The position numbers were made by a program, and so were the translations under genes. The notes beneath the pieces were generated by a model, which worked only from the letters and a program-made list of their open reading frames with translations, did not search any database and was not told the DNA's origin. A stretch of 47,376 nucleotides of DNA from a virus (lineage: Duplodnaviria > Caudoviricetes), in the IMG/VR virus record IMGVR_UViG_3300027780_000024, positions 1 to 47,376 of that record; one strand, given 5' to 3'. Below are positions 8,721 through 16,958 of this stretch, one piece after another (the first letter of the stretch is position 1; every line of letters begins with the position of its first letter).

Positions 8721-9312
8721 CGAAACTTTACTTAGAAATGTTGTTAACGAAATTAAAGAAAATCCAAAACATTCACAAGACTTAATTGATTCGTTTAGTG
8801 ATAATCAATTTTTAGCAAAAGATAAAATTATTTCAGCAATACTAGAATATGTTAACAAACAATCAGAAGTTATTATAATTGGAAGTTGGTACGGAAGTAT
8901 TTTAATTCCAAAATTATCTGAACACGTAAAAGAAATATCCTGTATTGATTTAGATAGCCGTGTATTACAAACATCAAAAAATAGATTATTTAAGAATCTT
9001 AAAAATATAGAATACATACCAGGTGATGTATTTGAGCTAGATTTAAAAAGATATCATACTACTAATTTAATCATAAATCCTAGTTGCGAACATATGAGAC
9101 CAATGAGAGAATGGTTGCATTGGAAAAAGGGTATGACATTTGCTGTTACTTCAAACAATATGTATGATATTGAAGGACATGTTAATTGTGTAAGTAGTAT
9201 TGATGAATTTAAAGAACAGCTACCTAGTAATGCCACAATACTAGTTGAAGATGAAATAAAAGATACTAGAGGCACACGTTACATGCTTGTAGGTAAGTTA
9301 ACTGCTATTTAA
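8713..9312 (+). CDS. Class I SAM-dependent methyltransferase-like protein
   Basis: IIIGSWYG (motif I-like), CIDLD acidic motif II, GDV, INPSCEHM. Confidence 0.65.
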   Translation: MFDETLLRNVVNEIKENPKHSQDLIDSFSDNQFLAKDKIISAILEYVNKQSEVIIIGSWYGSILIPKLSEHVKEISCIDLDSRVLQTSKNRLFKNLKNIEYIPGDVFELDLKRYHTTNLIINPSCEHMRPMREWLHWKKGMTFAVTSNNMYDIEGHVNCVSSIDEFKEQLPSNATILVEDEIKDTRGTRYMLVGKLTAI

Positions 9313-9374
9313 ACCGTCTAAGATTAATTATTAATTAAAAACACGTACAACATATAGTTATATACAGCGTTTAA

Positions 9375-9406
9375 GTAGATTTCTAAATACAATACAAAAA
9401 ATCTAC
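9375..9406. terminator. Possible hairpin/terminator between convergent operons
   Basis: Inverted repeat gtagattt (9375-9382) / aaatctac (9399-9406); AT-rich stem, long loop, no clean U-tract. Confidence 0.25.
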
Positions 9407-9478
9407 AAAATCATGCATCTGCGGTACATTAAATGCAGGTTTAATTGCATTATATCAGTAAATTGTAAAAGATGGCTC

Positions 9479-10153
9479 TTATTGTAGGCTCTCACTAAAT
9501 TTTTCTTTTAACCAATCAAAGTTGTTTATTAAATTAAGATCAGCGCCGTCAGATAAACCAAACTCCATACCGTTACTAGCACCTTTAATACAGTATTTGC
9601 CGAACGGTTTGTCTTTTCCCACTGTTGTCCAAATTCTAAGTCTTTCATTTGTTTCATCATTTTTTTGCCCTTTTATAGTTTTACTTGATAGTTTAGCACA
9701 TTCTCTAAAAGCACTTTTCCAAGTACTAAAAGGGTCTGTATTAAATGCTGTAATATTTGCAATAGCAGGCATTGCTTTAAATTTGTCACTAATACTAGTT
9801 GTCATATCTGTTGAATTAGTATCAACTTCTAACGTTAATTTACGAGGAAATAACTTTACACCACCATAACCGTATTCTAAATTATTAATTGGGTTTTGAC
9901 TTCTCCATACATGAACATGATCTAACTGATGTGAAGGAACTTCGTATTCAAAATTAAAATTTTCTTTAATAATTGCGTCAGCATCTACGATCCAAAACAT
10001 CTTAGTAAAACATTTCTTTGCTGCTTTAATATGTGCTTGATGAATTCCTTTTACACCGTGAACTCTCTTAGCTATAGGAAATCGAGATTTTAATTTCGCC
10101 CAATTTTCATCTGCATTAGATTCTTGATAACTTATAAAAACAATATCATACAT
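9479..10153 (-). CDS. GT-A fold glycosyltransferase-like protein (pair A, copy 1)
   Basis: YDIVFISY N-terminal strand, FWIVDAD DxD motif, YGYGGVKLF, WKSAFRE; paralogue of 11359-12291. Confidence 0.68.
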   Translation of the reverse strand: MYDIVFISYQESNADENWAKLKSRFPIAKRVHGVKGIHQAHIKAAKKCFTKMFWIVDADAIIKENFNFEYEVPSHQLDHVHVWRSQNPINNLEYGYGGVKLFPRKLTLEVDTNSTDMTTSISDKFKAMPAIANITAFNTDPFSTWKSAFRECAKLSSKTIKGQKNDETNERLRIWTTVGKDKPFGKYCIKGASNGMEFGLSDGADLNLINNFDWLKEKFSESLQ

Positions 10154-10158
10154 AATTT

Positions 10159-10187
10159 ATTATACACTCTTATTTGTAGCATGTCAA
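10159..10187 (-). promoter_or_regulatory. Consensus sigma70 promoter, probably leaderless transcript
   Basis: TTGACA (10187-10182), 17 nt, TATAAT (10164-10159), then only 5 nt to ATG 10153; no SD. Confidence 0.85.
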
Positions 10188-10194
10188 CAATTTT

Positions 10195-11349
10195 TTAAGT
10201 AAGACCATATCTCATTTTATCAAACAATTTTAAAAATGTATGTTGATGAGATTTGTTTAAGAACTTTACTTTATTAACTTCTGCAAGTTTTTTTATAGTT
10301 TTTAAAATAGTACTGTTATCATCATTACTAATTCTAGATAGTTCGTTACAAATTAAATCAACTTTAATTTCATAATCTAAATAAGAATCATATTTCTCAT
10401 TAATAAGGTCATAAAATGTAGTATACCCTTGGCTATTTAGATATCTAATCATTTGTTGGCATCCTAATATAATAAATGGTTTTCCCATTACGATTAATTC
10501 CCATATTTCTAAATTTGTAAATAATGCATTTACTTCACTCATATAATTTACATTTTTTATAGATTGCTCCTCAGGAGTTATTATTGTAACAAGACTATTC
10601 GTATGATGATCAATACTGTCATTCTTAGAAATTATAGTACCCTTATCATATAAATTAGTATCTTTTAATCTGTCTATTAATAGCGTTCTAGTATTAGAAT
10701 CATTTTTTGAAAAAGTATGAAATAATAACGTAGGGTTAAAGCTATTAATATTATAGTCTTTTACCGGCAACGGAGTCTTAGGTAAATTTCCAAAGAGTTC
10801 ATACTTTTTCATAGTATTATTGTTATTTTTAATTATTGCCTGACTTTCAATCTGCCACCAATCAATAGAATACGCTTTGTAAGGTAAGAACAACTCTTTA
10901 TAAGAATTATTAATATCACCTGTTACAATAAAGATATTTTCTAGTGGCACATGTAACCTTACAAATTTGTCTGCTATCTCTTTAATAACATACATTCTCC
11001 CGGAATTGGCATTTGTTTGCGTTGGTGCTAATAATAAAAGTTTTAATTTTCCTTTTTTTAAATAATTTAATGTAGTAGGTGGTATTACTACATTTATACC
11101 ACGTTGCCTTATTTCAAGAGGGTAAAATAAATTTTCACAAAACTTTTTTTTAGTAAAAATATCAATAGCACAGCCGTTTGTTAACATTAAATTGTAAAAC
11201 CCAGTTACTGGAGATACCATCCAGGCGGACGAATGTATGTTGTTAAACGGAAATGGATATATCCTCTTATTATGTGTATAGCTAGAGAGGCCATTTGGTA
11301 CTGGTCCTATTTTTGTTATTACATCATAATAAAAATTAATATTAGACAT
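10195..11349 (-). CDS. Hypothetical protein, possibly degenerate glycosyltransferase-like
   Basis: C-terminal GKPFIILG...YLNSQGYTTF...INEKYD segment resembles a family common in phage glycan clusters; context between GT genes. Confidence 0.45.
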   Translation of the reverse strand: MSNINFYYDVITKIGPVPNGLSSYTHNKRIYPFPFNNIHSSAWMVSPVTGFYNLMLTNGCAIDIFTKKKFCENLFYPLEIRQRGINVVIPPTTLNYLKKGKLKLLLLAPTQTNANSGRMYVIKEIADKFVRLHVPLENIFIVTGDINNSYKELFLPYKAYSIDWWQIESQAIIKNNNNTMKKYELFGNLPKTPLPVKDYNINSFNPTLLFHTFSKNDSNTRTLLIDRLKDTNLYDKGTIISKNDSIDHHTNSLVTIITPEEQSIKNVNYMSEVNALFTNLEIWELIVMGKPFIILGCQQMIRYLNSQGYTTFYDLINEKYDSYLDYEIKVDLICNELSRISNDDNSTILKTIKKLAEVNKVKFLNKSHQHTFLKLFDKMRYGLT

Positions 11350-11358
11350 TGTTCTCTC

Positions 11359-12291
11359 TTATTCTGGATCAATTACATATTGTTGTTGTAATCTAGGAAG
11401 TCTAGTAGGATTTTGATGCACTTGCTTAAAAAATTTACTCTGCTGTGCATCTAATGGAGATGCAGCAATAGGAATACTTAATTGATTAATAAGTTTAGTA
11501 CCTAGATCCTGTGTTACCTCTAATAATGTTTCTTCTGTTACGTCTAATCGACTCCAAAGTTCATTTAAGTATTTAAAGTTTCTAACTTGTACATAATCCC
11601 AGTCTGTACACATTGACATATACAATCCTAGTCGAGCTCCGTATACTGCCCATAAGCCGTTTGTTACATCAGCGCCGGCCATTTGCCATACATATAACAT
11701 ATGCAAGCATCGCCAGTGTGTTTTTGTAAGGAAATCACCTTTATCAACTGTGACACCTCTATCAAGAGCAAGTTTTACTCCTTCGCGAAACCCGGCTCTC
11801 CATGATTGATGCGGCGTTTCGTTATTATAAACATCGCTATAGCAACTAGTCATTTGGATATATTGTGCATCCCAGCAAAAGTCTACTTGTGCATGACCGT
11901 TCTTTGGATCTGCGTTTTCATGTGTTTTCATATTTAACACATAATCTTTAGGCCAACATTTAAGGCCACCGTTGCCGTACATTAGTCCGTTAACTATGTT
12001 TTGCCCACACCAAGATATAACTGAATTTTCTAAATTTACATGTTCTTGAAAGTCAATTTCTTGTTGTAAGAAATTAGAATGAACAATATTGTCAGCGTCA
12101 ACTGTAATAAACCGATCTGTTTCACTTAAATTAGCACAGGCTTTGTGTGCTGCATCGCTTCCTTCAACTCCGTGTACTCGTTTAGCCCAAGGAACTTTAG
12201 TTAATAGATCAGCATAATTTTTTTCAGCATTTGGCTCATCATAGCTAAGGTAGATTATGTCATAATCTACAACTTTAAATTTGTTAGTCAT
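11359..12291 (-). CDS. GT-A fold glycosyltransferase-like protein (pair A, copy 2)
   Basis: YDIIYLSY, AKRVHGV, FITVDAD DxD, YGNGGLK, WRAGFRE. Confidence 0.68.
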   Translation of the reverse strand: MTNKFKVVDYDIIYLSYDEPNAEKNYADLLTKVPWAKRVHGVEGSDAAHKACANLSETDRFITVDADNIVHSNFLQQEIDFQEHVNLENSVISWCGQNIVNGLMYGNGGLKCWPKDYVLNMKTHENADPKNGHAQVDFCWDAQYIQMTSCYSDVYNNETPHQSWRAGFREGVKLALDRGVTVDKGDFLTKTHWRCLHMLYVWQMAGADVTNGLWAVYGARLGLYMSMCTDWDYVQVRNFKYLNELWSRLDVTEETLLEVTQDLGTKLINQLSIPIAASPLDAQQSKFFKQVHQNPTRLPRLQQQYVIDPE

Positions 12292-12292
12292 T

Positions 12293-12868
12293 TTATTCCC
12301 TTACTATGTGATAAAATTTTTCATATAACACAGGACAGTATAAACTAATATTATCTAAAAATATTAGAGAATTTTTATTTACCGTAATATCAAAAAGTTT
12401 ATTGTTTATAAAATTTTTCATATCGATTACTAACTCTCCTACTAAGATATTTGGATTATTTTGTTCTGTTATATAAACCGTTTTGTATTGATTTAAATAT
12501 TTATTATTGGTAAGAATTGTGTTGAGTGTCTTACTACGTTCTTTTGATAGTTGTGCTTTGCCTTGCCATTTCTTTTTCTTCTTGTCTTGAATAATATAAA
12601 ATGCTGAAGTATTATATGCCCCTGAACTTACTTTTTCAATTTCATGAATACTTTTTTCAACACTAAAGTTATCAAGTTTATCTTTTTTTACTAACGAGTT
12701 AAATCCTGTTCCAAGTCCTTCTAAAACTACAAACTCTTGAAGATTCTTTTTTCCTGACACAAATTGAATATATGAGTCTTTGTCAATTTCTATTGAAGTC
12801 TTATCAGTGTATACTTCGTTTGTAACTGATAGAACATTTCCAGATTCGTCATAATATACATAAAACAT
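12293..12868 (-). CDS. Hypothetical protein in the GT cluster
   Basis: 191-aa ORF translationally coupled to both neighbours; no motif recognised. Confidence 0.6.
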   Translation of the reverse strand: MFYVYYDESGNVLSVTNEVYTDKTSIEIDKDSYIQFVSGKKNLQEFVVLEGLGTGFNSLVKKDKLDNFSVEKSIHEIEKVSSGAYNTSAFYIIQDKKKKKWQGKAQLSKERSKTLNTILTNNKYLNQYKTVYITEQNNPNILVGELVIDMKNFINNKLFDITVNKNSLIFLDNISLYCPVLYEKFYHIVRE

Positions 12869-13695
12869 TACAATAACTCCAATTGCTTAATAACACGATC
12901 TGTTAAGAATTCTGGTTCAACGTAGTGCAACACATTCTGTTGTAGGAAATTACCTATTAACATAGTCTTATCTTTTGTTATATATGTACCTAATACATTT
13001 GTCCATTTATCAGGTACTTCGTACCAGTCTTGACAATGTGGTTTCATATGTGTAAAAGTTATAATAGAATTAGGGTCAGTTATCTCAAAAGAATTATCTA
13101 ATATCTTACTTGCAATACTACAACTTACATCAAAACTACACCATTTTTGATGATAGTTATCTGCATACTTTCCGTAAAATAGTTTCCAGTTTTTCATTAC
13201 TAGTTCTAATATATTAAAAAATTCATAAGCATAGTTAGATTTTTTAAAATAATAACATCCACTGTATAAATTTGGTAACGTGTTTTCATCAAAGGTTTTT
13301 CTATAATAACGAGAAGTAACTATATCGTTACGATAATTTTTTACATTACTAACAAAAAATAATTCTTTTTTCTCTAGTTTATCCCACCAACGAGTTATAT
13401 CATGTAACACTAACATATCAACATCCATAACAATAGTATTAGTGTAAGGTGTTATATGATAAACTTTCCAACGATTATCTATCTTCCATTCGTTTTCTGA
13501 TGCAGAATCACCCCACGGAATTTCTATAATCTTATCAAATACCTTTTTGTATTCTTCCGGAACAGGATCGTTAGTAATTAAGGATACTAGTTGTCCTTTA
13601 TTAAATTTATGTATACTTAATGCAAGGGCGTATGCCTGTCTTACATAATCTGTTGTAGAATTATTCTGTGCTAATAAACAAAATCCGTTACTCAT
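12868..13695 (-). CDS. Nucleotide-diphospho-sugar transferase (GT8-like), pair B copy 1
   Basis: GFCLLAQNN...DY..QA..LA.SI, TPYTNTIVMDVD DxD, NLYSG, FTHMK; ATG 13695 preferred to TTG 13701. Confidence 0.72.
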   Translation of the reverse strand: MSNGFCLLAQNNSTTDYVRQAYALALSIHKFNKGQLVSLITNDPVPEEYKKVFDKIIEIPWGDSASENEWKIDNRWKVYHITPYTNTIVMDVDMLVLHDITRWWDKLEKKELFFVSNVKNYRNDIVTSRYYRKTFDENTLPNLYSGCYYFKKSNYAYEFFNILELVMKNWKLFYGKYADNYHQKWCSFDVSCSIASKILDNSFEITDPNSIITFTHMKPHCQDWYEVPDKWTNVLGTYITKDKTMLIGNFLQQNVLHYVEPEFLTDRVIKQLELL

Positions 13696-14548
13696 TTTCA
13701 AACTCTTTATCTATCGCTCTTCCTAGACTAAATTTATTCATAACATGAATATTTAAATCTTGTATATTTACTCCAAGATATTTTCCGTTATTTGAATAAT
13801 CTGTAAAGAACTTTAATGTATTACCGTTTATTTGATCTAACATATCTGTATCATATGCCATATACAGATTACCTGGCATTGTATACGGCCAAATATCTGA
13901 GTTTTGAAATCCTCGTAAAATATGAATTGCTATACTAAAAGCAAAATCATTTCTATAATTATTGTTAGGTATTTGATATACTAATCTATAATAGGACCAA
14001 TTATCTTTAATGTGTTTTACTAAATTAAAATAAAGTTCCATAAAAGGACTTTTCTTAAAATAAAATCCTGTAGCCCACCACATATCAATTGATCGATCAC
14101 TTATCCTATCAAAATTTTGTACACTACGTACTGTACCTGAAATATCAATTGGTTTTTTATATATCAAGAATTCTGTATCAAGTTTAAAACAATTTAATAA
14201 TAAATCATTACAGATAATATAATCAACGTCTATAACAATAGTTTCATCAAACGGTGATAGATCATAACAATCAGGCCTGCTATGATTGTTCCAAGGTAAT
14301 TTTTTTTCTGAATATACTCCATCTAAAAATGTTCGTATTTGTGTAGTACTTGTTTCACCAATTAAAATAACTTGATCAATATATTTCTTATAAAAAGGAT
14401 ATGTTTCTTCTAGATGTGTAATATTATCAGTTACTAGAGCTACTGGTAACTTTAAATGTTCTTTAGATTTTTTTGCACAATAAACTGCTTGTTTTATATA
14501 ATCAATTTCGCTGTTATTAAGTGCAAAAAGTAGTAACCCTTTTTTCAT
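13688..14548 (-). CDS. Nucleotide-diphospho-sugar transferase (GT8-like), pair B copy 2
   Basis: GLLLFALNN...DY..QA, SPFDETIVIDVD DxD, RNDFAFSIA, IHVMNK; paralogue of 12868-13695. Confidence 0.72.
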   Translation of the reverse strand: MKKGLLLFALNNSEIDYIKQAVYCAKKSKEHLKLPVALVTDNITHLEETYPFYKKYIDQVILIGETSTTQIRTFLDGVYSEKKLPWNNHSRPDCYDLSPFDETIVIDVDYIICNDLLLNCFKLDTEFLIYKKPIDISGTVRSVQNFDRISDRSIDMWWATGFYFKKSPFMELYFNLVKHIKDNWSYYRLVYQIPNNNYRNDFAFSIAIHILRGFQNSDIWPYTMPGNLYMAYDTDMLDQINGNTLKFFTDYSNNGKYLGVNIQDLNIHVMNKFSLGRAIDKEFENE

Positions 14549-14892
14549 ATATCTAGCAACCCTTTAACGGATCTATTTTTTTTAATTAAATTAAATGCTA
14601 CTAGGTATTCATTTGTGTTTGTAAAATATATACTAGTAATGTCTTCTAAGAAATTTTCTAATTCTTCAATTTCTATTGGCGAATTATTATCATCAATAAG
14701 TATAATACTTTCTTGATCAGTAGAAACCATCATATAACAAAAATTAATTAATTCTTTAGTAATACTAAATTTTCCACCGTTAACATAATGTACGCATTTC
14801 TCTAAGAATTTTTCATGTAATAGAGTGCGTTGATTAGTTAATGTAATCATGTAATTTGAAAACTCTAGTGCTTTTTCTAGTCGTTCGTCCAT
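14545..14892 (-). CDS. Small hypothetical protein at the tail/GT boundary (possible fibre assembly factor)
   Basis: 115 aa, SD GGGAG, ATGA-type overlap with downstream GT gene; function inferred from position only. Confidence 0.6.
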   Translation of the reverse strand: MDERLEKALEFSNYMITLTNQRTLLHEKFLEKCVHYVNGGKFSITKELINFCYMMVSTDQESIILIDDNNSPIEIEELENFLEDITSIYFTNTNEYLVAFNLIKKNRSVKGLLDI

Positions 14893-14917
14893 AGAATACT
14901 CCCTTAGTAATAGTACT

Positions 14918-14946
14918 AGTATATACTAAAAACTAAAGTATGTCAA
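14918..14946 (-). promoter_or_regulatory. Sigma70-type promoter heading the GT cluster
   Basis: TTGACA (14946-14941), 17 nt, TATACT (14923-14918), then SD and ATG 14892. Confidence 0.85.
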
Positions 14947-14951
14947 CGACT

Positions 14952-15965
14952 TTATTGGATATTTTGGCTAAAAGTGTATACTGGATCAAGGATAGTTATA
15001 GGTGTTGTACACCTAACTTGTGACATAGTAATATTAACGTCACCGTCTACTATTTCGTCTGTTACTGGGTCACCAACATCAGCGTCCGACCAAACAAACT
15101 GGAATAATATATTTCCTGATCCATCTAATTTAGCATTAACAGTAAAATTGTTTTCAGCGTATACAGAATCTGATCCAAATTTACGTGCAATTTGTTGATA
15201 ACTTGTAGTTAAGTCCTCGTTTCCAAACCCAGTGCCAATTGTTGCAGACCCCGAAGTTGTTGTACTACTATTTTTAAGAGTAATAGTTCCGGCATTTGTT
15301 AACATTGTTGTCCAATCAGCAGACTTTGTACCTGAGCCATTTATCATAGCAGAGGAAAATCTAATTTCGCCACCTGTATTAAAAAAATGTCTTCTATGGT
15401 CATTATTAGTTGCTGCTACTGCTGCACCTGCATTATTTTTACAGTTATACCCACCTGTAAATGTAACTAATACTATTGCTGATAAACTTTGCCAACTTGA
15501 CGTGTAAGATGCACCTGCTGTTGCTGGTGTAATTTTTGATTCTACTGCAAGATTAGTTGCAAAAACAGTTTCTGGATCAACTTCAACAGACTCTAGCAAT
15601 CCAGAGAAATCATTTATTCCTTTGTTGTTAGCAGGATTAACAATAGAAAAGTTATCTGAAGCATCACGCAATACTGTACTTCCAGCACTTGTATTTGAAG
15701 TATCTGCTCCAATTATATTACCAGAAACAATTTCTCCAACCCCTGTAGTTGTATTTGATTGATGAGAATAAATTAGGTTAATATCTGTTCGTAGGCCTGA
15801 CCATTGAGCAGCTGATATTTCAGTTGTGCCGGCAATTGCTTGGCCTGTGTTAGCCATTGCAACTCCGTACCCTGCTTTACCTGATCCAATACCTAATATT
15901 GCATTCACACGAGATACATAGTTGTTATACTCAGTAACTTCTACATTTGCACCAACTGCGACCAT
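14952..15965 (-). CDS. Putative virion structural (tail-associated) protein, paralogue 1
   Basis: G/T/S-rich; shares ILGxG..GYG, RRHFFNTGG, K.ADW, LT.SYQ motifs with 16029-16937. Confidence 0.62.
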   Translation of the reverse strand: MVAVGANVEVTEYNNYVSRVNAILGIGSGKAGYGVAMANTGQAIAGTTEISAAQWSGLRTDINLIYSHQSNTTTGVGEIVSGNIIGADTSNTSAGSTVLRDASDNFSIVNPANNKGINDFSGLLESVEVDPETVFATNLAVESKITPATAGASYTSSWQSLSAIVLVTFTGGYNCKNNAGAAVAATNNDHRRHFFNTGGEIRFSSAMINGSGTKSADWTTMLTNAGTITLKNSSTTTSGSATIGTGFGNEDLTTSYQQIARKFGSDSVYAENNFTVNAKLDGSGNILFQFVWSDADVGDPVTDEIVDGDVNITMSQVRCTTPITILDPVYTFSQNIQ

Positions 15966-15996
15966 ACTTATATTATCCCTTTAATCAACTATATTG

Positions 15997-16004
15997 TATT
16001 TATT
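15997..16004 (-). promoter_or_regulatory. Putative late promoter motif AATAAATA within a short hairpin
   Basis: Intergenic, upstream of 15965; lies inside inverted repeat ttgtattt-atta-aaatacaa (15994-16013). Confidence 0.5.
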
Positions 16005-16028
16005 AAAATACAACAAGCCTAAAATATT

Positions 16029-16937
16029 TTATGCTAAGGTAGTAATGTTATTATATGTTGGTGAAGGAACAGAAACATATGTTCCAGAAGCACGTCTTTG
16101 TATGATTGAACTTACAACAGTTCCTGTAATATTAGGATCGACTCCACTACCTGACGGATGATTATCTTGATATTGTATTTCAACTTCTATAACATTATCT
16201 GCAGATGCTTTTCCGTTAACAATAAAAATATTATCTCCGTATCCACCACCACCTAGTTTGTGAAATAACCTTTGGTAAGATGATGTTAATTCGTAATTTC
16301 CTATTGCAGTTGGAACCCCTGATCCTGTGTGTGTAGTAGCATGTAGGCCAATACTAATTGTTCCCATTGCTGATAACAAACTAGCCCAATCTGCATCTTT
16401 TGCATTAGTCCCGTCTGATAACTGTCCTGTAACTCTTAGTTGTCCACCTGTGTTAAAGAAATGTCGTCTAGCTGCGGCATCAGAAAATGTTACTGATACA
16501 GTGTGTATAAGTGTTCCGTTCCATAATGATGTTCTTGTGCTTGATATTGCTGTTTCTATTGAAGCTTGTGTATCGTCACAGATTAATTTATCACCTTCAA
16601 TAATAGCAGTTAACGCTAAGTAATCATTAATTCCTTTAGTAGCAAGTGACACTCCGCTAGCGGAAATAGCTTCTGCAGCGCCAATTCTATCTGTTGCTAT
16701 AACAGCTTCTAATGTTGATAAACTACCAGTTTGGTGAGCTCGACATTTATCAATATCTGCTTTAAGAGCAACTAAATGAGATGCTGTAATAACTGTATTA
16801 GCTGCAACACTTGAACTACTTAATGCCTGGCCGTAACCAGTGTCTGTAAATCCTTGTCCTAGAATAGTCTCTATTCTACTCTGTAAGCCATTAAATGTGG
16901 CTGCGGTAATTATTTCCTGGGAAGCTACATCAACCAC
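16029..16937 (-). CDS. Putative virion structural (tail-associated) protein, paralogue 2
   Basis: GTG start with AAGGA SD; paralogue of 14952-15965. Confidence 0.62.
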   Translation of the reverse strand: MVDVASQEIITAATFNGLQSRIETILGQGFTDTGYGQALSSSSVAANTVITASHLVALKADIDKCRAHQTGSLSTLEAVIATDRIGAAEAISASGVSLATKGINDYLALTAIIEGDKLICDDTQASIETAISSTRTSLWNGTLIHTVSVTFSDAAARRHFFNTGGQLRVTGQLSDGTNAKDADWASLLSAMGTISIGLHATTHTGSGVPTAIGNYELTSSYQRLFHKLGGGGYGDNIFIVNGKASADNVIEVEIQYQDNHPSGSGVDPNITGTVVSSIIQRRASGTYVSVPSPTYNNITTLA

Positions 16938-16958
16938 AATTAAATCCTTTGTTTAGGT

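Noticed and set aside
154-9275. Short minus-strand ORFs opposite the enzyme operon (154, 1091, 1769, 2460, 2688, 3547, 3551, 5072, 5917, 7152, 7589, 7923, 8805, 9054)
   Set aside because: Antisense shadows of well-supported genes; similarity between 5072 and 5917 only mirrors the sense-strand duplication
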